Assembly (NCBI GenBank): GCA_043228905.1
Contig: JBHGNT010000004.1
Span: 10,168,001-10,232,000, forward strand
DNA: 64,000 nucleotides
Direction of reading: 5' to 3'
Source: Azolla caroliniana
Taxonomy: Eukaryota > Plantae > Polypodiophyta
A program made the translations under genes and the position numbers. Shown in pieces: positions 37,950-49,500 of the stretch; the first letter of the stretch is position 1, and the number at the start of each line of letters is the position of its first letter. A model generated the notes under the pieces. That model did no database searches. It was not told the origin of the DNA and worked only from the letters and a program-made list of their open reading frames with translations.

Positions 37950-40030
37950 CTTTGCTCAAATCGGTTCTTGGGCATCGGTCCTCTATATGGCTTCAATCTG
38001 AATCCGTTGACCCATTTGCCTAGCACTTCACCGGCAAGTGTCCCTAACTGGTAGGACCCATTATACTCACGTGTCAGCCAATACGGGCCGGTTCATCTAA
38101 ACCGTAGTTTACCCGGCATCTTGCCCATCCGGGTCTGAAATACTAACACCGGCTTGCCGATTTCGAACATTTTTTCATTTCCTTTCCGTTGCCGGTCGAC
38201 AAATGCTTTCCGTCGCCGTTGTTCCAATTCTAAGTGCAGGATGCTTGCCAGTTGTTGTTCCTCGAGTTCACAAAGCGCTGTTAACCGTATTGCCTCCGAC
38301 TCCTTCTCGTTCAGCCGTTCCCGTAGCTGGATCCGTAAGCTTAGTACTTGGAATTCCACCGGCATGACCGCCTCTAGTCCGAACGCTAATCGGAACGGTG
38401 TTGTTCGGATGCTTGTTTTGTATGTTGTCCGGTATGCCCAAATCGCGCTATGTAGCTTGGTATCCCAATCCGTACGGTTTTCGTTGACGATCTTCCGGAG
38501 GATATTCTGGAGCGTTTTGTTCGTCGACTCAGCTAACCCATTTGCTTGTGGATAGTACGGTGTGCTCCGTTTATGGACAACGACATAGAATGTTGTCAGG
38601 CTTTCAACTACTTGGCCGAGAAAGTGCCCCCCTTGGTCGCTTATTAATTCGATTGGGCATCCGTAACGACACCAGATGTATTCGTATAGAAATTTTGCCG
38701 TTGACACAACGGTGTTGTCTCTTAAGGCTTTTGCCTCCACCCATTTCGTGCAGTAATCCGTTGCGACGATGACGTACCGATTACCTGTTCTCATTGCCGG
38801 TGGTTTGAATGGTCCAACGAAGTCCAACCCCCACTTCTGGAATGGTTCGAGTGGTAGTACAGGCTGGTGTGGCATCCGAGCTTGCTCCGTTGGTTGGCCC
38901 ATTCGTTGGCATAGGTCACATTCTTTTGCGTACCGTACAACATCTCTTAATGTAGTTGGCCACCATAGGCCACTTTGCCATATTTTCTTGGCCGTCGCAT
39001 CTCCGGCATAGTGACCTCCGACAACTCCGCAATGGGTTTCCCTCAGTATGAGGTCCTTTTCATCGCTGCGCACAACCCGTCTCCATATGCCGTCCACGCC
39101 CTTGTGGTAAAGTGTGTCTCGCAGTAAGCAAAAATGTCGGCTTTGCACCGCCAGGCGTTTCCTTTCGTCCCGATTCATCTCTTCCGGAGGTTGTCCTGTG
39201 CTAAGAAACTGGTGCATATTTGTGAGCCACTTGTCTTCCTGTGCCACTGTCTCATATGCTGCCATTTCCGTAATGACTCGAAACAGCTCCGCATCCGGAA
39301 ACTCGTCCGCTACTCCGTCGCCTGTTTCTCTGGACTCTAATCGGCTTAAATAATCCGCTACGGCATGTTGTATATCGGGTCGATGGAATATTTCGAACTC
39401 GAATTCCTGTAACAGTAAGGTCCACCGAGCCAACTTACCGGTGAGTGACGCCTTGGACACCAGGTAGAGGAGTGCCGAATGATCTACATGGAAGGAAAAC
39501 TTCCTTCCCAATAAATAATGCCGAAACTTTGTCACACTGTAGATCATCCCTAGAGCTTCCCGTTCCGTGGTAGAGTAGTTCCGTTCCTCTTGGGATAGCT
39601 TTCGGCTGGCATAATACACTGGTCGGTACCACTTTGGCTCCGTAAGTTGCATCAGTACGCTTCCGATTGCGATGTCGGAGGCGTCCGCGAACACATGAAA
39701 TTCTTTACTCCAATCCGGAGGCTGCACTACCGGTGCTTGCGACAATAGTACCTTGAGGGCCCTATACGCCCTATCCTCGGTGTCGGTCCACTGGAATGGT
39801 GTTCGATGTACCGCGGCATGCAACGGTGTAGCTAGGTCGGCCAAGTATCGGAGCATCCGGCTGTGCCACTGGATCTGGCCTAAGAACCGGTTCAATGCCT
39901 TTGCCGTTGCCGGCGCCAATGCTTCTAATATGGCTTTCACTTTGTTCAGGTCGACTGCAATGCTTTCCTGGCTCACAATATGTCCTAGTAGGGTCCCACT
40001 GGACACGCCAAATACACACTTTGCTGCTCG
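37950..40030 (-). pseudogene. Gypsy pol remnant: RT C-terminus, RNase H and integrase
   Basis: KCVFG..LLGHIVS; FADASDIAIG..NYSTTEREAL..VDHSAL; H-H-C-C finger; WGLDFVGPF, ISDQGGHF and PQANGLAE; GPY-type tail after a premature stop at 38093. Confidence 0.9.
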
Positions 40031-40274
40031 GTGTTCTCCTTTTGCTCGGTGTTCTCCTTTTGCCGCTCTAAGTCTGTTACGTTTTGCTCGTTTGCTTTCT
40101 TCCACCATTCCGTCGCTTGCTTCCGGATGGTCTCATGCGTCTCCCATTCCTTGGCCATGCCCTTCGACCTTGTGGTCACCTGCTGCAGATCTGCCACTTC
40201 AGGGACTACCATATATTTACTGTTGGTCGTTTGTCATAGCTCTTCGCCGGACATTGATTACTATAATGGCCTTC

Positions 40275-41800
40275 CTATCGGCAGTAGTAGCAGTAGGCTT
40301 TCCAGGTATTGCTGGATTCAGCATTGTCTGTTGTACCCGAGGCAGATCTCGTGGTAAGCGCGAGGTTTTGGGCCGGTTGGTTGCTTGAAGCTCCTTGTTC
40401 CGGATCCCGTGGGTGGCCGCCTTTTTTGAAATGGCGTTTTTTGTTATAGTTCTTCTTATTGTGGTACTCTTGATGAGGTTGGTCGTTATATCTGCCGTAT
40501 TCCTCCCGTTGCTGCCGATACCCGGGGGAGTGCTCCCGGTCGTAATGTTCGTATCGTCTATTGTAATCCCGGTACCGATCATTTCTATCATACCGGTCGT
40601 AGTTATCCCGCTGATCACCGTACCAGACATCATTCTCCCGTCGATCGCCATACCAGACATCCTGTGCCGGTCGGTCGCGGTCCATTCGCCGCCAGCGTTC
40701 CTCTTCTTCATCCCGGCTGCTGCGTGGCTCTATTTGTCGGACGAGCGGTGCTTGCCGGTTCAATAGATTATACTCGCACCTATCCGTCGTATGGCCCTTG
40801 GATTGACAGATTACACATTGCGTCCTCATAGTGCATTCTAGTGCCGAGTGTCTGGAATTCAAGCAGGTTGTGCACTGTATTGCTTGCCGAAACCAGAGGT
40901 CTTCATCGGACGATAACGCTCGTTGGAGTGCTCCCAGTGTGAGCCAAGAGCTTGTCTTTTCCATCTCTCTTACCTAGTCAATGACCTGGTCGATGGTACT
41001 TGCGCGGAAGTCAATTACCGTGCAAACCGTGCGTAGGGGTTCCCGGAGCGCATTTAGGAATATAGTCCGTAATTCCTCCTCCGGGGGTGCACAGGCAAGC
41101 TGACTATGCATCCGTTGAAACCGGATGACAAACTGGGGAATGCTCTCCCCCGCCTCCTGTCGGATGGTATAAAATAAGCCCACCATTACTGTCTGGTCCA
41201 CCTCCTTTTGGAAAAAATGCAAGAATTTAGCTTTTAAATCTGCGTAGGTTGTGATGGTAGACGGGTCCTGCGTCCGACGCCATCTTGCTGCCGGTCCCTC
41301 CAATGTGACGCCAAATTCCGCTATCTTAGAGCGTTCCTCTTCCTCTGGGGTCAATCACTGGGACACATGGTTTGCTTCCCATGTCTGTTCAAAGGCGTGA
41401 ACATGAGCTTCCGCATCCGGATCATCTCTATACTTGGAGTATTGGAACGACATGTCGTCGTCCGGTATCGGTGCGCGGGCTGGTGGTGTTGGTGGTCGTT
41501 CTTGGTTTTTCTCCGGCGTCGGTGGTCTTTCCTCTTCTTTTGGTGATGGAGGCCTCTCCTCCTCGACTTCCGGTGTCGGAGGTTGCTCTTCCTTTGCTTC
41601 TGGTTCCGGAGGTTCCAGCCTTAGCACTTCTGGTTCCGGTGTCGGTAAGGTGTCCGATCCTTCGTCCTCCGGTCCGCCCGGGGTTTCGTTGCTGCTACGG
41701 TAGTTCGTGTGCACGTTGTATCCCCCTTCGGAATCCGATTCATACGCTGAAAAAGGCTTCTGCTTCGTCTTCTCCGCTTGCCAACGCCTGGAGAAGGGAT
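40275..41800 (-). pseudogene. Gypsy gag with two Cys/His knuckles, interrupted by stops
   Basis: Retrotrans_gag-like TLEGPAARW...IRQEAGESIPQFVIRF; CTTCLNSRHSALEC and CVICQSKGHTTDRC; Arg/Asp/Tyr-rich tail. Confidence 0.8.
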
Positions 41801-43714
41801 TCGGTTTCCCGGAGGCTGCTTAGGATGCTGCCGTCGTCCGGGTGCGATGTTTGCTGTAACCAGAGGGACTCCTCCGCTACTCTCTGGATTACGTTGGAAA
41901 ACGAGCGATCCGCTCTAATTTCCTGCGCCGCTTGCTGGAAAGCCTCACGTCTTCTTTGCCTTTCGACAAGGCGTCGAGTTCAATCTGTAACCAGGTCGTG
42001 CGTTGATCTAGTCATCCATTCGTGCCATCGTTCGCTGCAAAAACAGGAATCGTGGTCGCCAAAAACTGTGTTAACTCTTAGGGCCAGACAATGGCCTAAC
42101 ACAGGGTGTCTTCGGAAGACACTTCACCAAAGGGGTGTTACAGCAAGAGGATTAGGCTCAACGATTAATCCGACTTAATTAGGTTACTTAGCAAGATCGT
42201 CCTTAATGATCACACGCGTAAGATATAACAATGAATGCAGATCGGCAATTAACACAGAGAGATAAAAAACACTAAGCTTCATTAATTAACCGCTGCTCAT
42301 TACATTGTATCTGGGCCTTTAAATAGGTTTCCGGTTTGTAGTACAAAACGGTGCCATCCGCACCTGTTCGGGATCGGTCCGGATTCGGAACGGCATACCG
42401 ATTCCGGTCCGTCCGTCCACAATAATAGCTTACTTACAACCATTCCTTAATAATTAAATAACTCCTCCGTTTCACACTCTGGACTACTTTGCCGGCCGAT
42501 AACAGTGTCGGTCGGACATATCGTTGAGCAAGGGATGCAAGTGCGGTTTACGCACCTCGGGTGCTTCATTGAGGATGAGGGCGAAGTTATTGCGCAAGGG
42601 CGCAGAGATGGGAGGATGTTTATCCTCAACACCAGTGACGTCGGCACCGCACTGTTCGCCAAAGGACAGAAGGTCGAGTCGGATATCGACCTGTGGCACA
42701 AGCGGATCGACCACGTCAACTACCGGAGGCTTCAAGACCTGCAAACGGAACAAGTCGTTTTCGGTTTGCCGAAGTTTAGCAGCCGGAGAGCACAGATTTG
42801 TGAAGCCTGCCAACTTGGGAAGCAACACCGGCTTCCATTCCCCACCAAAACAAATCGAAGCCGTAACAAGCTCGATCTTATCCATTCGGATGTGTGGGGA
42901 CCGGCACAAAATGTTAGCATTGGCGGGAGTCGATATTTCGTCTCCTTCATCGACGATTACACGCGGCATACGTGGATCTACCTCATTGAGCAGAAGAGCG
43001 AAGTCTTCGGGTGTTTCCGGAGCCTCAAGAAGATGGTGGAACGGGAATCGGAGAGGAATACCAAATGCCTATGGTTGGATGGCGGAAAAGAGTACTTTTC
43101 CGGCCAATTCAACAACTATCTGCAACAAAAAGGAATTTGGCGAGAATTCAGATGCAGATACACACCGCAACAGAACGGTGTGGCCAAAAGGAAGAATCGG
43201 TTGTTGATTGACGCGGCTAGGGCAATGCTGGAGGAAAAGAGTATGCCCAAGTTCTACTGGGCGGAGGCGGTCCAAACGGTCGTTTACATCCAGAACCGGA
43301 TCGGGGACAAGGTGTCAGCTCACGAGTTGTATTTCGGGCGTTAGCCGAATTTGAGACACCTCTGGATATTCGGCAGCATAGCCTATGTACATGTGCTGGA
43401 TGAGAAGTGGAGAAAGTTGGATGCAAAATCGGAAAAATGCATCCTAGTCGGCTATGCTCAAGAGGAAAAGGGGTATAAGTGTTATAACCCCCGGACGAAG
43501 CAGGTCCGAGTAAGCCGAGATGTCGAGTTTGATGAATCGGCATCGTGGTATTCCTTACTGACTCCGACTTCCGATCCCGACCCGATGTCGGAGGATGGGG
43601 ATAGTGAGCCCGAACCGGCCCAGGTAGAGAAAGATGAAGCTGGGACTCAAGATGAGAGTCCAGAATCGTTCCGGTTAAGCGGACCGAATGAGAGACTGGA
43701 TCAGTCCAACCAGA

Positions 43715-44660
43715 TTCTTGTTCTAGAACATGATGTTGATCTTCTCCTAGAGTTCATGAGCCTTACTTTCTTCATTGAAGTTGTTGTACAAGCTCATGTC
43801 GATGAAGCACCGGATGTATGCCATCGTCTTCATGTGCATCACCTCCCACACTGTGGCGTCGATCTTATCCGGTCTCTTGTCCCGGAACTGAACCGGCAAC
43901 CAAAGAACTTTAACCATCAGAATATCCCTCATCTTCGACTTCCACACTGAGTAGTTGGAGCCGGTGAGCTTGAACACGCCGCCAAACAATTCTTCCATTC
44001 CTGTGTTGTTCGCTCTGATACCAGTTTGAAGGAAATAGCGTGGAATATTGCTCGGCCACAACCGAGTCTTGAATCACTTCAATGAGAATCAAACACAGAA
44101 ATGGGAATCGGGGAGAGAATGCACGTACACACACGAACAATAGAGAGTACACCTGATGTTTACATGGAAAACTCTAACAGGGAAAAATCACTGGAGCCCA
44201 CACACTCCAAACTATCACTATATAAGAAAGGTACAATCAGAGACTCGGAGGCAACGACCTCGAGCTCTGTGTCTTCACCAAGCGGCGGTTACAACAGAGT
44301 ATCGCTCTATATATATCTCTCTCTCTCTATACAACAGTTATGGACATACAACAATATGACAACTCTGTCTTCTGTGATTGCCCTAGTTCATATTTATACT
44401 CATATGAACTTAGAGCTATTTACAAATATAGCCTCAATAGGCTTACTCAAAACATATTTACAAATATGTCTTCTCTTCCGGTTCTCACCGGGTCCATCCG
44501 ATCCAGTTTCCGGATCTGTTCTAGTTCTCACAAGGTCCATCTGATCCGGTTACCAGATTTCTTCCGGTTCTCACGGGGTCTATCCGATCCGGTTACATGA
44601 TCTCTTCCGGTTCTCTTCATTCATAACTGGATCTCATCCGGAGGGACCGACTTCCCAACA
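43715..44660 (-). mobile_element. Copia 5' LTR, PBS and gag start
   Basis: LTR 44027-44660; PBS TGGTATCAGAGC at 44012-44023; gag MEELFGGVFKLTGSNYSVWKSKMRD. Confidence 0.88.
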
Positions 44661-45645
44661 AACATGTTTGACCCGTTCTCCTCTGTGTGGATCTTTGTCA
44701 GAGAAAAGTCTTTGTCATCTACCTTTTCCCGGAGCCAGTAATATCTCCTTTGGATATGCCTTGTCCTGGAGTGGTAGGTTGCGTTCTTTGCAAGGTGGAT
44801 GATGCTTTGACTGTCGCAATAGAGTCAAAATTTCTCTTGTTGAATTCCTAACTCTTCGAGGAAGTCCTTCATCCAAATTACTTCTTTGCCAACTTCTACA
44901 GCTGCCATGTACTCCGCTTCCGTTGTCACAATGCCACTAATTTTTGTAGCCTCGACTGGCACGTTATCGCTCTCCCTACATAGGTCATGACGTATGCGGA
45001 TGTGGACTGGCTGGTATCTACATAAACCGACATGTTTGAATTAGTAAAGCCTTCCAATAGAGGTTTAACTGAGTTGAATTGGAGGCACATGCTTGAGGTG
45101 CCTTTCAGGTACCGAAGGATCCACTTGATGACACCCCAATGCTCTCTTCTCGGATTGCTCATGAACCGGTTGACCACTCCAACCGCATATCCGATGTCTG
45201 GCCGGGTACACACCATTGCGTACATTAGGCTTCCAATTGCTGAGGCATACGATACCTTCGTCATCTCAGCTTTCTCCGCCTTTGTCTTTGGGCTTTGTTT
45301 CCTGGATAGCTTGTAGTTTGCCAGAAGTGTCGACCCGACCGGCTTCGCATCCGCCATGTTGAACCTTTGAAGCGCCTTTGTCACATATTTCTCCTATGAC
45401 ATCCACACTAGCTTCTTTGTTAGCTCCCGGACTATGTGCATCCCTAAGATCTGTCTCGCCGGACACATATCTTTCATTGAGAAGGACTTGCTCAAGGCCT
45501 TCTTTAGCATCCCAATCTTGATACGGTCCCATCCGACGATCAACATGTCGTCAACATATAGCAGGAGTATTAGGAAGTCTCCTCCATCGAACTTCTTCAT
45601 GGAAACACAGTGCTCAACCTGCATCTTGTGGTACCCTTGGTCGGG
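44661..45645 (-). pseudogene. Copia RT/RNase H fragment
   Basis: LLLYVDDMLIV, GSLMYAMVCTRPDI and KWILRYLKGT motifs, with stops. Confidence 0.88.
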
Positions 45646-45646
45646 T

Positions 45647-46203
45647 TGTTCGGCCGACAGTCCATTACTGTACGTAGCCGGCAAAATAGGTCGAACGTTA
45701 CGATCCGAACGTTCTATCAAGATGATTGTGGTAGAAGGATGGATAGACGAACTAGTCAACAAATAGGACTTGCTATTTGAGTAACCTTGATCGACTAATT
45801 GGTCTTAATATAATTACTTAGTAAGTCTAGCAAACTAGAAATCGACACTAGGAATAACAATGCACAGAGATACCATTTACACAAAAACACTCTAACTCAT
45901 AACTTATATTAATTCCAAAATAGAACAATAGCTTTAGAATGTTTTTGGTCCCTCTTTTATAGGTAAAATTGAGAGTCTCTTTTCAAGATTACACTTGCCC
46001 TTGTTTTGGCAAGAACTATTACAAAACTGTCTAACTAATTCTAATACATATTTTTACTACTTGGCAACATTCGTAATTACTAACTCACTGATTCGCCGCG
46101 ACGGTCCGACTCCGACTCCTTCATACTTCCAAACATTGTCGACTCCGACCCTTTCACACATGTCCCTTTCCAACCTTCCGACCCTATAGCCGACTGGCTA
46201 ACA
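45647..46203. mobile_element. Probable solo LTR
   Basis: TGTT...AACA termini and LTR-like composition; no TSD confirmed. Confidence 0.45.
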
Positions 46204-46577
46204 TTTGGCACGATCGAACCCCCATCCTTGCTTATGTCGAATACGAGTGTATAATGGCCGTATTCACATTGTCCCTTTGGACAACCCAAGTTTGGGCTAT
46301 TTCTGTAAATAGCATAAAGGGCAGTTGCCCTAGGATAGTCACTATATAAAGTGACTTTGTAACCTTTAGTAAGGGTTGTTGGTTGTCATTTGTAACTGTT
46401 GCTATTAAGAAATAAATCGTTTCTTTTGTGCCTCTGTGCCTGTGCCTGTGTGTGTGTGTGTGTGTGTATGTATCTTGTTTATTCTCATACACAGGTCCTT
46501 CAACATCACAGATGTTGTTTGTTCTTCCGCTCTGACGACCTTGTCCCCAACATTTGGTATCAGAGTGTTGGAGGGTC

Positions 46578-49500
46578 TGACGGGAACTCCTAGCTCCTTA
46601 TGCGCAAGACTCGGCCACAGCCGAGATTCTTTTCATACACAGAAAAGGGGAAATAGAACACGACACAAAGAAGAGAAATGGTACACAAGAGGTTAACGTG
46701 GAAAACCCCAAACTAGGGGAAAAACCACGGCAGCCCACGGGCTGCAAACTGTCACTATGTATGAATGTACAAAACAGTGAGTACACAGAGGCAACGACCT
46801 CGAGCTCACGATCTTCGCCACAGGTGGCGGTTACAACAGAGGCAACGACCTCGTTCTCCCCCCCTCTCTCTGTACAGTTACGCGCTCCCACTTATTCTTG
46901 CACCAACAAGGAAGAATGAAGACAACAACTAAAAGTTTGCCCTAAGTCATATTTATACTAATATGACTTTTCGGCTATTTACAAATGTAGCCACAATGGG
47001 CTCTCAGAAACATATTTACGAATATGTCTCTTCCTCCGGTTCATACCGGTTCTGCACCATCCGGCTCTCCGTAGCCGGGTACTCCTCATCCGGTTCGCAC
47101 TGGGCCTGTATCATCCGGCTCTCCGTAGACGGGTACTCAGTTTGTTCGTCTGCACTGTTCTTCTCCCTTCCCGTCCAGAGGGACCTGTCTCCCAACAAAC
47201 TCCCCCTTCACTCCGGCATGGGGTGTCTTACCAGTCCGATCCTCTTCCGGCATGCGTCTAGCTTGTCGGGTGTCAGCACTTTGGTCAGCATATCTGACCC
47301 GTTCTCGGCCGTGTGGATCTTCGTCAGTGCGAACTCTTGGTCATCTACTCTTTCCCGGATACAGTGATACCTCCGCTGGATATGCTTCGTCCGGGAATGG
47401 TAGGCCGCATTCTTAGCAAGGTGGATGGCACTTTGACTGTCGCAGTAGAGTCGGTATTCCTCTTGCCGGATACCGAGTTCTCCGATGAAGTCCTTCATCC
47501 ATAATATTTCCTTGCCGGCTTCCACAACCGCCATGTACTCCGCCTCTGTGGTTGACAATGCAACCGTCTTCTGCAGCCTCGACTGCCACGAAACAGCTCC
47601 CCCTACATATGTCATCACATACCCGGATGTAGACCGGCTGGTATCCACATCAGCCGACATGTCCGAATCGGTGAAACATATTTGAAGTTCCCTTCAAATA
47701 CCGGAGTATCCATTTGACCGCATTCCAGTGCTCCTTGGCGGGATTGCTCATAAACCGGCTCACCACTCCGATTGCGTATCCTATGTCCGGTCGGGTACAA
47801 ACCATTGCGTACATTAGGCTCCCGACGACAGAGGCATATGGGATCTTCATCATATCCGCCTTCTCTGCTTTCGTCTTCGGGCTTTGCTTACCGGATAGCT
47901 TGCAATTTGCCGGAAGTGTCGATCCGATCGGTTTCGCTTCTGACATGTTGAACCGGTGAAGCACCTTTGTCACATACTTCTCTTGTGACAACCATAATTG
48001 CTTCGCTGACCGGTCCCGAATGATGTGCATCCCCAACATCTGTCTTGCCGGACCCAAGTCTTTCATTGAGAAGGTCCGGTTGAGAGCCTTCTTCAGCATC
48101 CGTATTTTGACTTGGTCCCGTCCGACGATCAACATGTCATCCACGTATAGAAGGAGTATTAGGAAATCGCCTCCTTCAAACTTCTTCACAAACACGCAGT
48201 GATCGGCCTGCGTCTTGTGGTACCCTTGATCGATCATGAAGGAGTCGAACTTCCGGTACCATTGCCGGGGAGCCTGCTTCAGTCCGTACAGGCTCTTCCT
48301 CAACCAGCATACAAGGTGCTCCTTCCCTTTCTCCACAAATCCTTCAGGTTGCTGCATGTAGATCTCCTCCTCGAGGTCGCCGTGAAGGAATGTCGTCTTC
48401 ACGTCCAGCTGCTCTACCTCGAGGTCCATGCTTGCTGCTATACTCAACACTGTCCAGATGGAGGTCATCTTTACTACCGGGGCAAATATCTCGTCGAAGT
48501 CCATGCCCTTCTTCTGCTGGAACCCCTTCACCACGATCTTGGCTTTGTATCTCGGGGGGTTGCCGGCATCTCCCGGTTTCAACTTGTACACCCACTTGTT
48601 TCGGAGTGCCCGCTTTTCTTTCGGCAACTCCACCAATTCGTATGTATGGTTCTCATGTAGGGAATCCATCTCATCCTGCATGACACTTAACCATTTTCGG
48701 TTGTGGGTGTCTTCCTTCGCTTCTTCGAAGCTTTCCGGCTCCCCCTCATCGGTCAGCAGAACATGCTCTGCATCCGTAAATCTCCGGGGCGCCCTTCTCT
48801 CTCTAAGAGGATATCTCCGTCTTCGGGCTTCGGTAACCGACTCCTCCATTTGCTCTTCATCCGAATCCGATTCGGGGTCTTGGCCGGTTCCGGTCTCAGC
48901 TTCCGCTACTTCTTCTTCTGCCGGTTCGGTATCCTCACCGTAACCGGCTGGTTCCTCGAGTGCTAACCGGTCTCTTGCCGGTTGGGTCTGCTCATTGTAG
49001 AGTCTATCCTTACCGGTTGACTCGGAGTTCATTATCTTCTTCTCCGACTCTCAGTCGGCGAGCGTCTTGTCCTCCATGAAGATAATATCTCGACTCCGGA
49101 ATACCTTCTTGTCGACCGGGTCCCACACTCGGTAGCCGAACTCATCGTCACTGTAACCGAGGAATATGCATGGCCGGGTCTTTGGATCTAACTTTCCTCT
49201 CCGGTCCTTAGCTACATGCACGTACGCGAGACACCCGAACACCTTCAGATGCCGGTAGGACACTTCCTTACCGGTCCATACTCTCTGTGGCGTGTCTCCG
49301 TCCAAGGGTACTGAGGGTGATTTGTTTATCACGTATGTCGCCGTCGACAGTGCCTCAGCCCAAAACTTCTTGGGTAGTTTTGCATGCGGTAGCATACTCC
49401 GGACCCTCTCCATTATGGTCCAGTTCATCCTCTCGGCCAGTCCGTTTAGTTTCGGCGTCTTCGGCACGGTAAATTCGAGCCGGATTCCCTTCGAGCGACA

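Larger units (their letters stand above)
34184..42504 (-). mobile_element. Ty3/gypsy LTR retrotransposon (non-chromovirus, Athila/Tat-like), protease and most of RT deleted, with an extra 3' ORF
   Basis: 436-bp LTRs at 34184-34619 and 42069-42504 (about 15 mismatches by eye); TSD GTGTC; Arg-type PBS TGGCGACCAC at 42052-42061, 7 nt from the 5' LTR; gag, RNase H and integrase on the minus strand. Confidence 0.95.
32162..43712 (+). mobile_element. Second Ty1/copia family (LTR, PBS, gag, protease, integrase), interrupted by two insertions and 3'-truncated
   Basis: LTR 32162-32628; perfect PBS TGGTATCAGAGC at 32629-32640; zinc knuckle CWYCGKKGHRESEC; protease WYVDSGASNHMT; frame resumes at 42505 with LWHKR..H, CEAC, DLIHSDVWGP and TPQQNGVA. 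Confidence 0.9.
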
